This document shows positions 10,645-22,804 of a DNA stretch of 64,000 nucleotides, piece after piece (positions within the stretch are counted from its first letter, which is position 1; the number at the start of each line of letters is the position of its first letter). The notes under the pieces were generated by a model. The model did not search any database, was not told the DNA's origin, and was given only the letters and a program-made list of their open reading frames with translations. The stretch spans positions 7,936,001 to 8,000,000 of the forward strand of contig CP110439.1 of assembly GCA_026914245.1 (NCBI GenBank), in the 5' to 3' direction. This DNA comes from Puccinia triticina. Its lineage: Eukaryota. Made by a program: the position numbers and the translations under genes.

Positions 10645-12335
10645 TGTTGAGATAGTATGCTTATATCCATATCTGTATGCTTCAACCATAACACAAACCA
10701 ATCTTGTATATAGTATCTACAAGATTGCTTCTGGGGTTTCCTTCCTTAGTGAATCAGAACCATTTCATTCTCACTCCTGAGTGTCACAGGACTTTGTGTC
10801 TGTGAACTTCAGTGTTCATCCTTTGTTCCTCTCAACAGGTTATGAGGCCCATTGCTCAACCTGCTTGCGACACATTTTTTATCTCGTGCTCAATCTCAAA
10901 CTCAACAATCTTTGAACTTGAACTTGAACTCGATCCCGCTCAATCAATCTCACTAGCTCAATCCCCCTCAATCAACCGTAACAATGCCTGCTCAATCAAT
11001 TCAGAACCCCTCAGCGCTCATTTGAAACGTTCCGGTTCTCAATGGCAACTCGGTCAGCTTTCCCTCCTGGCGCACTAGGCTCGAGGAGCTTTTTGCTATT
11101 GTGGGAGTGCACGATATCGTTACCGGAGGACTACTTCGCCCGGAGACTGACTACAAGGACGTCAAGCCTCTCACTCAAGGATCCCAGAGGCTGTACTACG
11201 CTGAAGAGTCCGGATCGGACTGGGACACTCTATCCGACATGGCTCGGGCTACCTTAAAGATGATGTTATTGATCAATCTAGCAATACGCTACAAAGAAAC
11301 CAAGCCAGTCAGTGTTCTTTTCAAAATGATCTGCGACGCTTACGAGAAAAACACCCGGGCGAGGCGAATGATGCTCCAGGACTCCTTCTGGTGCGCTTGA
11401 CACAATCCCAACAAGCCCATTGCAACCTGGATCGCTTGGATTTGCAACACGGCTTCCGACCTCAAGTCGGTTAAACTGACCCCTGCGGACCAGCAAATTT
11501 GTGATCGTCTTCTGCGCGGCCTGGACGACTCCTGGAAGCCAATCAGAGACCACCTTGTTTACTCGCCGAACGAGATCTCTCTTGACAATGCCATTGGGGC
11601 ACTTGAGGCCCACAAGGTCTCCATGCAAGTGTCGTTCAATCAAACACCGGAAACTTTTGCGTCATTGATGGTTACTAGAAAGAAGAAGCCGGGTTGTTGG
11701 AACTGCGGCCAGGTCGGTCACCACTCATTGGCTTTTCCCAACCCTCCAGCAAAGAACAAGTCAAAAGCGCGATTCAAAACTAGAGCTGGTGCGGTGTCTG
11801 TTGCGCGTCTAGGCGACGGTGGTCCCAGCGGAGATGAAGAAGAACAAGAAGAGGAAGACAACTTTGACCCAGAGATTGACGTTGTGTGGGGATGAACCTG
11901 AAGTAGAAGAAAGACTTAATTTCGTAGGAAGGGCAACTCCGGCACGACCTGATAGTTAATTCCTCAATGGCATTTCAGAGTATATTTGTTATCATGACAA
12001 GTCCCTGTTCTTTAGTGTCATCGGATCTCTAACTTGATTTTATATTCTCAATTTCTGTCCCCATAAGAAATATAACCTACTAGTCAATTTAAGTAGTCTA
12101 ATTATTTCATTTATATTAGTTCTGGTTTTCAGCAAGGGGGTGTGTTGAGATAGTATGCTTATATCCATATCTGTATGCTTCAACCATAAAACAAACCAAT
12201 CTTGTATATAGTATCTACAAGATTGCTTCTGGGGTTTCCTTCCTTAGTGAATCAGAACCATTTCATTCTCACTCCTGAGTGTCACAGGACTTTGTGTCTG
12301 TGAACTTCAGTGTTCATCCTTTGTTCCTCTCAACA
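10645..12335 (+). mobile_element. Complete short Copia-type LTR retroelement encoding only a degenerate Gag
   Basis: 193-bp LTRs at 10645-10837 and 12143-12335 with one visible mismatch. TG..CA ends, 5-bp TSD CAAGA, primer-binding site ggttatgaggccc, polypurine tract agcaagggggtg. Confidence 0.95.
11042..11895 (+). pseudogene. Copia-like gag with zinc knuckle, interrupted by stops
   Basis: Helical UBN2-like segment (ICDAYEKNTRARRMMLQDSFWCA*HNPNKPIATWI...DRLLRGLDDSWKPIRDHL), knuckle CWNCGQVGHHSLAF with the last C lost, acidic tail. The TGA at 11398 is consistent with CGA>TGA. Confidence 0.8.
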
Positions 12336-13197
12336 CAAGAAGATTTTTGGAATTTGAGACGCGCAACAAGGCCACATACAACTGTCCGTGAGAAGAAACA
12401 TCTGTGCTCAGGAAACAAATTAACATTGTGCTTCAGGTCTCCGAAATACCTGACCATCTGGGAGTAGCCAAGAATAATCTCCTGTGGGGTGTCTTGCTGT
12501 CAATACAGCCCAACAAGCCGTCTTTTTTCCCGGTCAATATCAGGACAAGCTCCTCCACAGGGGCTAACCTTTGTGGAAGGGAAATTTATATCATGAAAGG
12601 CTTGATTGAAGCGTTCAGCCAAGATGGAGCCCTCGAGCTAAAATTTAACTCAGCAATTTGAACTGCAAATATTACAAGCTCTGGCGACGTGGGTCCAAAC
12701 ATTCTGAAAGTCAATGCACTTGGCCGTGTTGTCCCTGTCACGGTAAATGACGGGGAGGAAGGCGGAATAGGCCCTCCATACTCAGTTACCCTGGAGCATG
12801 AAGTCAAGTTGAATATAATTTTAAACCACCACTGAGAATTGATCCTGACTTTATGGCTATTCACTGAACCGGGTGGTGACTTTTGATTATGGAATTCCTC
12901 CTGGCCTCAGTAGGACAATAATGTTGAACAGCGGGCTGTTGGGCAAGCGGGTGTGGTTTTATGGCCTTTTAGCTGGGGCCAACTCACGCAACGGCAGGTG
13001 TTTTTTCCGAGTGAGTGAAGACAAGTTTTCATCATGTTATCTCATCAACTGAGCTTAATTGTATGTACACCAGGTCATTTTGGGCAGAATTGCTGGGGCG
13101 AGTGACTTGATTGAAGATTAATGAGCCAACTTTCAGCTTGACACTCAAATCATGCTAGGTTCGCAGTAGTTTGAGTTATATGTCGTGTTGCTCCGCA

Positions 13198-13444
13198 CAC
13201 TGCAAAAATAACTTGGTCAACTGCTTGCAGTTGACATGCAGGATACTCAAGCCAAGCTGCCATTGTAACTCCACATGAATGCAGAAGTGCCTTTGTTGGC
13301 ACAGTCACTGTGCAAGGTGCACAGTGACTGTGCATCAAAGCTTGGGTTGAGTCAAACCTTGAGTAAGGCTGGTGTAACACCACAAGCTTCCTCAGAGTTG
13401 CCGCATGTCAACTGCTCACAGTTGACACAGTTTTTTTTGCAGTG
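13198..13444. mobile_element. CACTA/EnSpm-type MITE (CACTG ends)
   Basis: cactgcaaaaa...ttttttgcagtg with 3-bp TSD GCA and subterminal tcaactgc..cagttga palindromes. Confidence 0.85.
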
Positions 13445-14811
13445 GCAAGTCAAACAATTTTTTAAACTACATTTACCATACACTTGTTGCATGTTAAACA
13501 TATGACGCTGTAATCCATGAGCCAAGGGCGCCGGAATTTTTAGATTGTTATTTGTAATAGGATCGCCGGTCAATGTATGATTTTTGTGATAACGGTTGAT
13601 CTGAGCAGTGGTGAGGGATGGCTTCACGTGTGACACAGTAAGGATTGCGTTGACTCTATTGGAATGATAAACAAAGCTGTTAATAGTCTGAGTATGGAAG
13701 GGGCATTTTGGGCTAAAATTGAACATTGAGTCATGGCCGCTAGAAAGCCTTTTAAATGTAAAGGCTCCGCGAGTGTTGACTTAACACAAGTGGGAATCTA
13801 GCATGAAAGAAAGAAGTTGTTTAGTCTAGCTCAATATGCAACAAAGGAGTGAATCGGTCATGTGTGTGATCCAAACACATGTGCAAGGTCATGGCCCTGT
13901 TGGTTTTGCGTCAAACTTATGAAATGCTTTCACATAGGCTAAACTTGTGGCAAGCAACCATTTTTTCCAGTGCATGGTGACGGGCGTAGCAAAAGTGGAG
14001 CATCCCAGGGCGGCAAGCAAGCAGTAGGAACTAAGCGCTCTGGTTGATAACATTTGATGTGACAAGCTTGGGAATTGATCTAGCTTGGCAAGGAGTAAGA
14101 ATAATTATGATGAAGACTTTTTGATTGCGGCCGTGCGGTATGCTTTATGGTTACCCATCTAGTCCATTTCAAAATTTCCTTTTTTCTCATATGTACACTC
14201 TCAAATCAACCAATATGGTGGCACCACTAGATTCTACGGCCAAAACTACACAGGACACCAAGGACAACACACCTTCCACCCCTCTGGATCAGGAGATACA
14301 ACCCCTTCAAGACACCATCATTCAGTTACATACACACAAAACACCATACTCAGGTGCACTCATTACATTGTGCTATGCACATGTCATGCAGTGTCATGCA
14401 GTGTTATGCACACTTGATGCAGGCTTATGCAGTCTAATGCAGTCTTATGCAGGTGCATGCAGACTAATGTAATAGGGGCTGCAGTCTGACAGTTGACAGA
14501 TGACATCATGCAGGATCATGCAGGTGTCAAGATAGCAAAAACCCCTCATGCAGCTTGCAGATGACATCATTTGACAGGCCAGGCCAGCTTAAACATCTCA
14601 CCTCCTATCTCTCACTAGCAAAATTCCCTCATATCACATCATGACCTCATGTGACCTGTCAACCACCAGCCAAAATACCTCATTGTAGACTTCAGGGCAG
14701 CTAAAACCCCTCATTCTCTTGTTCCCCTGGAGCTAAAATGTCTCACTCTTTTCTATTTAAGGAGGCTCTCCTCCCCCCAGTTGTAATTTCTCTCAGCAAA
14801 CTACTTGCACT

Positions 14812-15755
14812 TGTCAGCCTGTATGTAACTAACCGTGTCTGAGAGGGTTGTTACTATCAAGATGATGGTGTAAGATGCCAAGGATGGGCCAATGGGTTCG
14901 TGGTAAGACCTGTAAAAGGATTCACTCTATCAGTAATCTTGACTGAGAGGCTTGCTCATTTAAGGCGCATCCAGATCAACACAGGGTGTTAATAGGCATC
15001 CAAGGAATAACTCAACTTGGGTTCGTGGTTTTACCTACAGAAAGGTAAGGGTAATCAAGAGTTGATGTTATTCCTGAATTGAAAGATGGTTGAGAATGAA
15101 GGCACTGTTTAACTATGTATGTGTTAAACCTTGCTATAATAATATTCTGAGGGATAAACAGTCCTGGGGGGTGTGTTTATATAGAGGGGAAAAGAGCAGG
15201 AGGGAATATGAGGCGCTTGGAGGCGCTTCAGGACCAGGGGGGAACTGGAAGCGCTCAAGGGAAGCAGATCCTCATGAGGATCAACATTGGAAATGATCAG
15301 AGCAGTGTAATGATCAGTACTGATCCTAGATCAGTAGCTGTGCACACTAGCTGATCATAACCAATCAGTGATTCCATTCAGTGCTCTTTGAATTGGATTA
15401 CATCATGTATTGTTTATGTATTTATATCATAACCAATATGTTATGTAAATAGGTACTGAGGCGTAACAGGGGATAAATGAGTGATACCTGTCTTGGGGTA
15501 TTTCACGTGTACAGTAATATTACAATGTATTGTAATCTTACTGTTTGCACGTAACTTAACTCTTATAACAACAGTACATTATGGTAACTGTATTTAACTA
15601 TGGTTATCTGTAATGTGATGTATAACAAGAGTACATTCTTAAGCTTGTATCTAATGATATACATATGTAATAAAGGTGTAAAAGGAATGTACTATAAGTA
15701 ATGTGAACGTACTTGGTACGTGTAAGGTACTGTGACATGTACTCTGTGGCTGACA
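14812..15755. mobile_element. Solo LTR with 5-bp TSD GCACT
   Basis: tgtcagcc...ggctgaca inverted ends. gcact at 14807-14811 and 15756-15760. Confidence 0.85.
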
Positions 15756-15759
15756 GCAC

Positions 15760-15973
15760 TAGAGATTGTCATTTGGCACCTGTTGAGGGGTACATGCCAC
15801 ACTTCAGAACAAGCGCTGAACACTTTTAGCCACCAGCCAAGTAGGTGAAGGATCCAGGACTAAACTTGAGGATTACTGCACCCTCTGCCTGCATTGCGGG
15901 TGACTGGTGGTGTGGATAGCATGGTTTGAAGTGTGGCAGGTACCCCCCAACAGGTACCAAATGACAATCTCTA
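15760..15973. mobile_element. hAT MITE with 8-bp TSD ACTTGCAC
   Basis: tagagattgtcatttgg / ccaaatgacaatctcta. TSD copies at 14803-14810 and 15974-15981, separated by the later LTR. Ends resemble the hAT end at 55224. Confidence 0.85.
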
Positions 15974-16956
15974 ACTTGCACTCAGCTTACCCCATAACAG
16001 TACAATAATTGCTCACTCTACAGTATTAGCCCCACTCTATATTGTGGTTTTACACCCTTACATACAAATTACAACATCATTACAAACACTTACACATCAG
16101 CTACATCACCATAACCCTTAAGCCACCTGCTCAAAGTCGGCTATCTTTTGATACACCTCCACTATCACTACATAAACCTTCCAATTGTAGATTGGGGGGC
16201 TTGTTTTAGTGTCTAGTGACCCAGGAAAGGCAGAGGTTCCCTCATTCATCCCTTTCCGCACTCAGCAAAAATTTCTCAGGAACACTTTTGTGCTTTACAG
16301 CGGCTTTAAAATATAATCTCAGATGGCCTAGCTCAAGGGTTGATGGCTAGTTCACGTCATTAGTTGAGTTCAAGGAGGGGTTTCCCTATATCCGGCGCGG
16401 CATCAGCCACCAGCTCATTGGTGATCACGACAATTGTGGTGATAGCAGGCAAACATTTGTGAGAAAGGCGGACACAAAAGAGTTGTGAGCAAGCCAGTGG
16501 AGGACTTCCCGTCGGTTCTGCGGGCCCCGCAGATCTCAGTTTAGACCAGAAAAAGCCAAATTTCTGGGCTCTTAATTTACACGAGGGGTTCCATTGATTT
16601 TCTGAATCCTCATCCCTTCCGACTGCTCCACAAGATCAGCAAGCACACCACCCAATCATCAAACTAACACCAACAGATCTCTGAACCAACACAAACCCCG
16701 AGTTGATGCAACTCCGAATGGAGTTGCAACCACCGAATGTGTACATGCACCCACCCAGTATGATGCAGGGTGGGGTGTATCACCATTTGTCACATCATCA
16801 CGCTCCTGCTTTCCCCCAGTTGGCTCCACATCAACCATCAAATTCTTGGGAGACTTCTTGGGGCGGCCATCCTACTGGCCAAAGTCCTCCTACTCAATGA
16901 CTCTGAACAATGTCTGCTCCAGTCTTTCTCTTGCTCTTGTTTGTATGTTGAATCCT

Positions 16957-17057
16957 CTCTATTCATCCTTGGTCTCTATTCATCTTTGGTCTCTATTCAT
17001 CCTTGGTCTCTATTCATCCTCAATCTATTTATCCTTGGTTTCTCTTCATCCTTGGTC
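16957..17057 (+). repeat. 17-bp tandem repeat (ctctattcatccttggt), about 6 copies
   Basis: Read directly from the sequence. Confidence 0.85.
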
Positions 17058-17495
17058 TGCTCTCATTTATCATAAGTCCCTCATTAAATGGCATGTAAGC
17101 ATTGAACTTCCGATTGATCAGATAAATATTTTTTTGGTCCTTTTGTATGACACATAGAAAAGCGGTATTTTTTTGGTTATTTGAAATCTGAAATCAATTG
17201 CTTCTCAGCCATAAAAACCAGCGGAAAAATGAGGTGGAATTTGGGGAGTGAGAGTAGCAGAAGCAGAAGCAGCAAAAGGAAACCTTGATTGACTTCGGTC
17301 AACAAACAAAGGGATTGAGAGTAGCACAAGCAGCAAAAAGAAACGTTGATCAACTTTGGTCAACAAACAAAATGGATTGCTTGACAAATGAACAAACTTG
17401 AAATATTCAAGCAAAAACATAGAAGCAAAAGAGACCTTCAATTGACTTCAATTAGTATTTCATAGCCATCCATCATAGTATCAAGAGATGTGGCA

Positions 17496-18960
17496 TCAAC
17501 CTTGGATTTCAGAAAAGAGCATCTTGTGAAAGTCGCGACATAAGATGTGATTGTCATCCCATACGGACTGATACACCGTGGCTGTTTGGTTTATCCCTAC
17601 CAATCGGCATTGAAGCTGGTGAAGGCGGCATACGACTTGCAGAAGGTTGGCTTGATATTGATGATTGTCTGCCTGAAGCGGCATTTTCAACCAAGCAAAC
17701 AAGCCTGGAATCAATTGCATACCCCACTTGGCTGCCTGGTGTGCAGATACCAGTTGCTCATTGAGTAGCTGTAGTTGGGCAAAATTGAGTGAGTTGGTTG
17801 GCAGGCAATCACCGCGCTTGACTGGCGCAAGGATCTGACTTTGGAGCCTTTCTGAATTGCGCGGGAAGGCCCTGTTGCTGATGATCCAATACCCCGGTGG
17901 TGTCCGTTCAAGAAGCTGGTCGTAGAGCAGCTCAGCTATCGTTGAATTGTGCCAAGAACCCGGTGCATTCAGTATGGCATACATGATTGTTCCATCCGGC
18001 GCAAAGGCAAGGATACAGCTACAATTCAGGGTGTAAACAGGTCGGGTTTGGGTCAAAAAACAGCGCACAAACCCGACCCAACATTTAGCGCGGGTCGGGG
18101 CAGATTTTAGAATAAGCTTCCCAAACTTGACCCGATGTCATACTATTTTGGGTTGGTTTGGGTCTTGGGTTGACCCTACCTCATAGGCGCCAAAAGCCCC
18201 CAACTTGACTGTTGGAGGTGTCATAGCCGGGTCCCAGGCTGACCCAATTGGGAAATAGGCTGCCCAAACCCAACCCAACAATTTTACAAGTTGGGTCGGG
18301 TCAGGTTTGGGTCATGTCATTTTCTTCAAGAATGTGCCCGAACCCGCCCCAAAACCCGACGGGTCTTGGGTCGGTTTTGGGTTGGCCCGCCCAATTATCA
18401 TCCCTAGCTACAATAGTGTGAGAATGTCCAGCCATTGTAGTACGCATTTTGAATACTATGTATAAGCAAAGTCAGTTAGATTCTGCAGAGAATATCAGAT
18501 ATAAGTGTGTAATGACTCACTTTTCATCATCAGAGACCAATACTGGAAGTTTGATTCCATCCAACGGTCAATTGTACTGAAGTTCCACCTGGCCAAAAAG
18601 CGTTCAAGGAGGTCATCAAATGTCCTAACATCAATACCCATTGTAGTAATAAAAGATCAGTCGTTTTGAGATGCCCACAAGTAGGCCCATGGACTATCAA
18701 CCATGGGAAGCGTTGGCAGATCTGCTTGGGTTAATTATGTTTGGAATTGTTGGAACTTTCCAGGAGTCCCAAGGAACAAAAGAGCCATGAACAATGCACT
18801 GGCTTCATCCATCTGTTGTTTGTTGGAGGTTTCCTGAGAAAAAAAACCTTTGATTGTACGTCTCACAGCAGTTTGATACATTTGCTGTTGTTTGCAGGTG
18901 ATCTATAAGTGCTGTTGATGCTCCAAGATTTGAAGGAATTGCTGTGAGTTGATCATTGTG
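17496..18960 (-). pseudogene. Harbinger-type DDE (DDE_Tnp_4-like) transposase remnant
   Basis: DGIKLPVLVSDD|QNAYYNGWTFSHYC-SCILAFAPDGTIMYAILNAPGSWHNS...ISNRAFP. Contains stops, an apparent internal deletion and a MITE insertion. 5' limit approximate. Confidence 0.8.
18026..18406. mobile_element. hAT MITE rich in acccg/cgggt motifs, 8-bp TSD GCTACAAT
   Basis: cagggtgtaaac...ttatcatcccta. TSD at 18018-18025 and 18407-18414. Removing it restores SHYCSCILAF in the transposase. Confidence 0.85.
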
Positions 18961-20304
18961 GTGGGTGAGTGAGATATGGATTGGTTATGTGGGAAATGGA
19001 TTGTTGAGTGGTTGAGTGAGGTATGGGCTTATGTTTGAGTGAGGATGGTGTTTTGAGGCAAAGAGTGTAAATTTAGGAACTCCGAGCGACAGAAGCCACA
19101 ATTTAGACTTTTAGATTTTTTTCTTTACAAATTATTTTCTGCAAGGCCCGCAGAACCCAACAGGAAGTCCTCCAGTTTCTTAAAAAAGCCTCATTGATTG
19201 CCTCATTGATTGAGCGTGAAGAATCAATTAACTGTTCATCAAATGATGATCAACTGCTGGCGCTATGCGCGAAACAAATAACAGTACAAGGATTCAATCA
19301 TGTTTGCGTTGAAATGTGAGTTATCGAGGGAAATGGCGAAGCGGTGAGTGAATAGATTGCATAATATGGAAGCAGTATATGTACAATGGAGAGGCAAAAT
19401 GATGAGGCAAGGCGCTGATGAATTGAGGTCAAAAGAACATTGAACTACAAAGCAATAAAGAAAACTTTGTAGATGAAGCTCATCATAATTTGGAGCAAGC
19501 TGCACCGCTTATGCCTTGGCAGAGATCAAGATATTAGCATCAATTTAAGCTCATTGTGTATTGAATGTAAAGTGGTCACCTATTTGGGTGGCTAAATGGT
19601 TGCCTTTGCCTAGGTATGGCAGGGCTGAGTCAGGATTGGTGTGGTTATGTCGTAGTTGTAGTAATTAATAGGCTATGGATTAGATATTACGCCTAGGAGA
19701 GCCGCGTGGAGAGTAATGAGGTGAATGTGTGTGGCATGGTGTTGGGGCTTCTGAGCGCAGGGTCGCGTGAGGCTATAGTATAGTGGCCAAGGGGCGAGGT
19801 GGCAGCAACGGTGGGGCAAACTGGGCCAGTTCAATAAAATGTGGTAGTGGTGTTGGGAGTAGGGGTTGCCTACGCCTTGGTAACAAGTGCTTTCTGAAGG
19901 ATCAACGGGGGGGGGGGGGCTTTCTGAAGGATGAACGGAGGGGGGATGTGCCAAGGCGGTTGAAAAAGCTTTGGGTAGCTGGTGCCAAGGGCATGCGGCT
20001 TTGGAAGGTTAATGGTGTATAGCAGTGTCGGCGAATTAAATGTGTTTTTCAAAGCGGGTGCAGTGTGAAGGGATTGTGTCTTGGAGGGCAGGCGGATAGA
20101 TGTGATCATGGCATATCCGTGGTGCACAACTGTTTGTGTGTGTTGGCCAAAGTGTGGCAATGGCAAGATGTGGTGGGGGGTGGGTTGTTTGCGGGTGAAG
20201 CAGATTGGATGTGTCCGAATCCATTAGGGCGGAGGCGAGGGGCAGGGGGCAATTAAGTGTTGTGTGGAGACCAAAGAACCCTAGTGATATGGTGTGGTAG
20301 ACGG

Positions 20305-21969
20305 TGTGAGACTCCAAAAGCGGTTTGCACCTCTTATGGCTGAATTTAGAGAAGTATGTGTGGGGAAAACCCTGCCTCTCTGAAAGACAATGACTGAAAA
20401 CACCCCCAGCTAGGCTGGAAGCAAGAAGACAGTAGTATAGTGTAGTTGAATACTTTTCTCACAAGTGGCTCACAATGGACTGTGTATTGCAAGATATAAA
20501 GCTAGTATTTTATTATGTGGCGGAGAGTGTGAGGGTGACAATTTATTTGAATCTTGTGGGGGGAATGATCTCCTTCCTTAGATGGGGGGAAAAGGAAGAG
20601 AGAGCCCCTCTGTGAGTCCGCCCCCCGCGACCTCACCAAAGGAATCACGAGCATGTCACCAAACCGCCTCCGACCGAACTCTTAGACCTCGCCGGACCGC
20701 GCCCTCCTAGTCCAGCAGGGAAGTACTAACACTTCCCCTGGACTAGGTGAGCACCCAACCCATCCTCCTTGTTCATTCTCATTTCCTATCCTCTTCCCGT
20801 TGTATATAGCAGGGAAGTACTAACACTTCCCCTGGACTAGATTGCAATTTATCCAGAGTTAGGTTCCAGAAGTGTCCCTCCAAGGTCTTGACCTTGTATC
20901 GCGCCCCATTGAGCCTCATAGCCCCTCACAATTAGTGAAGCTTGACTGGAGAGCTTACACCCTCCTTATGTAGGAAGATGTGAGGCATTTGTGCTGGTGG
21001 TCTATGTACATGAGGGGTTTTGGCTGGTGTGCCTGTTACAAATGAGATATTTTTGTTGGAATTTTGCCATTTCCTCTTACTTACACCTCTAAAACATTGT
21101 TTCATGTCATTCTCAAAAGCATTGCCAGTATCCTTTTTAGTACAGATTTTATCACACCAAGTAGTCATTGAACCGTGAGTAGTAGATAATATCTTGTCAT
21201 ACTTGGTATCACGCATAGTCTCAGAGATAGTATAGATGAAACTTGTCTTGATCAAACATTTTTCATTATTCTATTGTTTTCCAACCACTTGTTGGCCGCT
21301 TGTTTTTAGTCTATTTAAAGCCACCCTACAACAAGAAATTACACTAATTGGTTCTCCTCATTCTTTCTCCGCGCCCCGCTGAGCCGCATCCGGTGAGAGA
21401 GTCATACTCACTGCCCCAATTCTTGAGTTTTTCTCAATACTCATTTTAGCCCTCTTATTTCTTGTGCCTGAAAGTTGTAAATTCTAACAATTTTGGCTGG
21501 TCTGCTGTGCAGAATACAGCTATGTACAGTGTGGCAGTGTAGACATGAGCAAATTTAGCTGGTGATATAGTTACAAGTGTGGCTTACACAGCCCTCTGGT
21601 TGCTATGGAGTCTTCTCAAGTGACCTGCAAAGCTTTCTGTGTTGCTGTGTAGTCTGCTTGAGTGACTTGCATAGCCCCATGGTTACTATTCCGCTTTATT
21701 AATGTGGCTTGTGGTTGCTGGGTTACTGTAATAAGTGGCTTGTGGTTGCTACACAGCTGCATATGAGGCTGGCTGTTTGCTATGCAGCCACATATATACA
21801 CACATATATATGTAAAAGGGTAGTATGTAAGCTATATACATGCAGTTTTTTAAAACTGTGTATGTAAATTGAAGGGAGTTTGTGTATCAAAAGATGGTGT
21901 AATGTAACACTACATATGTAAACTAGAAATTTTTGAATTTTTCCATCCGGAACTAAAGCGTCTACCACA
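20305..21969 (-). mobile_element. Solo-LTR-like TG...CA element with TSD ACGG/ACAG
   Basis: tgtgagactccaaaagc...gtctaccaca, ends homologous to 8201-9164. Confidence 0.8.
20611..20930 (+). mobile_element. 320-bp LTR-like element with a 94-nt intron flanked by a 33-bp direct repeat
   Basis: tgtgag...ctcaca inverted ends. Repeat at 20714-20746 and 20808-20840. GTGAGC donor at 20747, TACTAAC branch point, CTAG acceptor at 20840. No TSD seen. Confidence 0.75.
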
Positions 21970-21973
21970 ACAG

Positions 21974-22804
21974 TGTGAGAATAAAAAGCTGGTTAGTTGG
22001 TGGAAAATATCCGCTGACCACCTTCTTCAAGAATATTAGTGTCCGGGCTGTGTGATTGTCGGTGACTTGGCTCCGCACTGCTACTATCTGCTAGCCTTCA
22101 GCGCTCCTCTCTGAGCCTGATCTATAGTGTAATAATCCGCAAGTGAATAAAGCTCCCACTCCATAAGCACAGAATCCGCAAGTAGCTCTGAAAGTAAAGA
22201 TAAGTTCACAAATATATCTCCTAATACTCTTGTACGTCCGTAAGTGTAAGTACAATAACGAGTAATCCGTAAGATGATAGGATAATAGGATTGTTAAAAA
22301 GGAGAGAAAATCCATGAGCCCCTTTTCCCGTCCTTCCCTCCACGCACATTGCCGTTCCCACCCGATCCCACACGTCTGACACTTTCCCGCAGTAGTCCTC
22401 CAGCTCCGCCTGCTCTTCCGCATGTCACTCTCCCAGACTCCGCTCATCTCCGACGCTTGACCTCCCACCGTCCTCTGTCTAGCCCCTGCCAGTTGGTCTC
22501 TCACCACCGCCTCCACCCCGGTTCCACCTGCTGGTGGAACCCGCTTTGGCTGTTGTGGCTCACCTGATGACGCACCGCTGCTACCAGTCCACGTGTGTAG
22601 TCCGCTGCAGTCCAGCCCTATCTTTTCCGCTCCAATCCGCTATCCGCACATGACTTTCCGTAAGCTTTCCTAGTGTGCTTTTCTGACATCATCCTCAGTG
22701 CTTATGTCAATGGAAAGCACTCTGCCTGAGCCGCTCTGTGCATTCCCGCCCGCGCTATTCCCAATGTGGACATTCTACCACGCTCGCCTATATAAATCAC
22801 CACA
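21974..22804. mobile_element. Second TG...CA element in the same ACGG target
   Basis: tgtgagaataaaagc...atcaccaca, flanked by acag (21970-21973) and acgg (22805-22808). Confidence 0.7.

Larger units (their letters stand above)
14134..16299 (+). mobile_element. Solo-LTR-like element of the 6426 family with two nested insertions
   Basis: Starts tgcggtatgctttatgg and ends gctttaca. Flanks gccg / gcgg differ by one base. Confidence 0.8.
16499..19173. mobile_element. PIF/Harbinger-like DNA transposon, degenerate
   Basis: About 35-bp TIRs ggaggacttcc.gt.gg.ttctgcgggcc..gcaga, 3-bp TSD AGT, internal DDE_Tnp_4-like transposase remnant. Confidence 0.85.

Noticed and set aside
12336..13100. Decayed plus-strand reading frame (…LKVNALGRVVPVTV…VTLEHEV) next to the Copia insertion
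   Set aside because: Contains stops and no family could be named with confidence.
22057..22688. tgtcgg...ctgaca as a separate LTR
   Set aside because: No TSD (gtgat vs tcatc). The larger 21974-22804 boundaries with acag/acgg flanks explain the region better.
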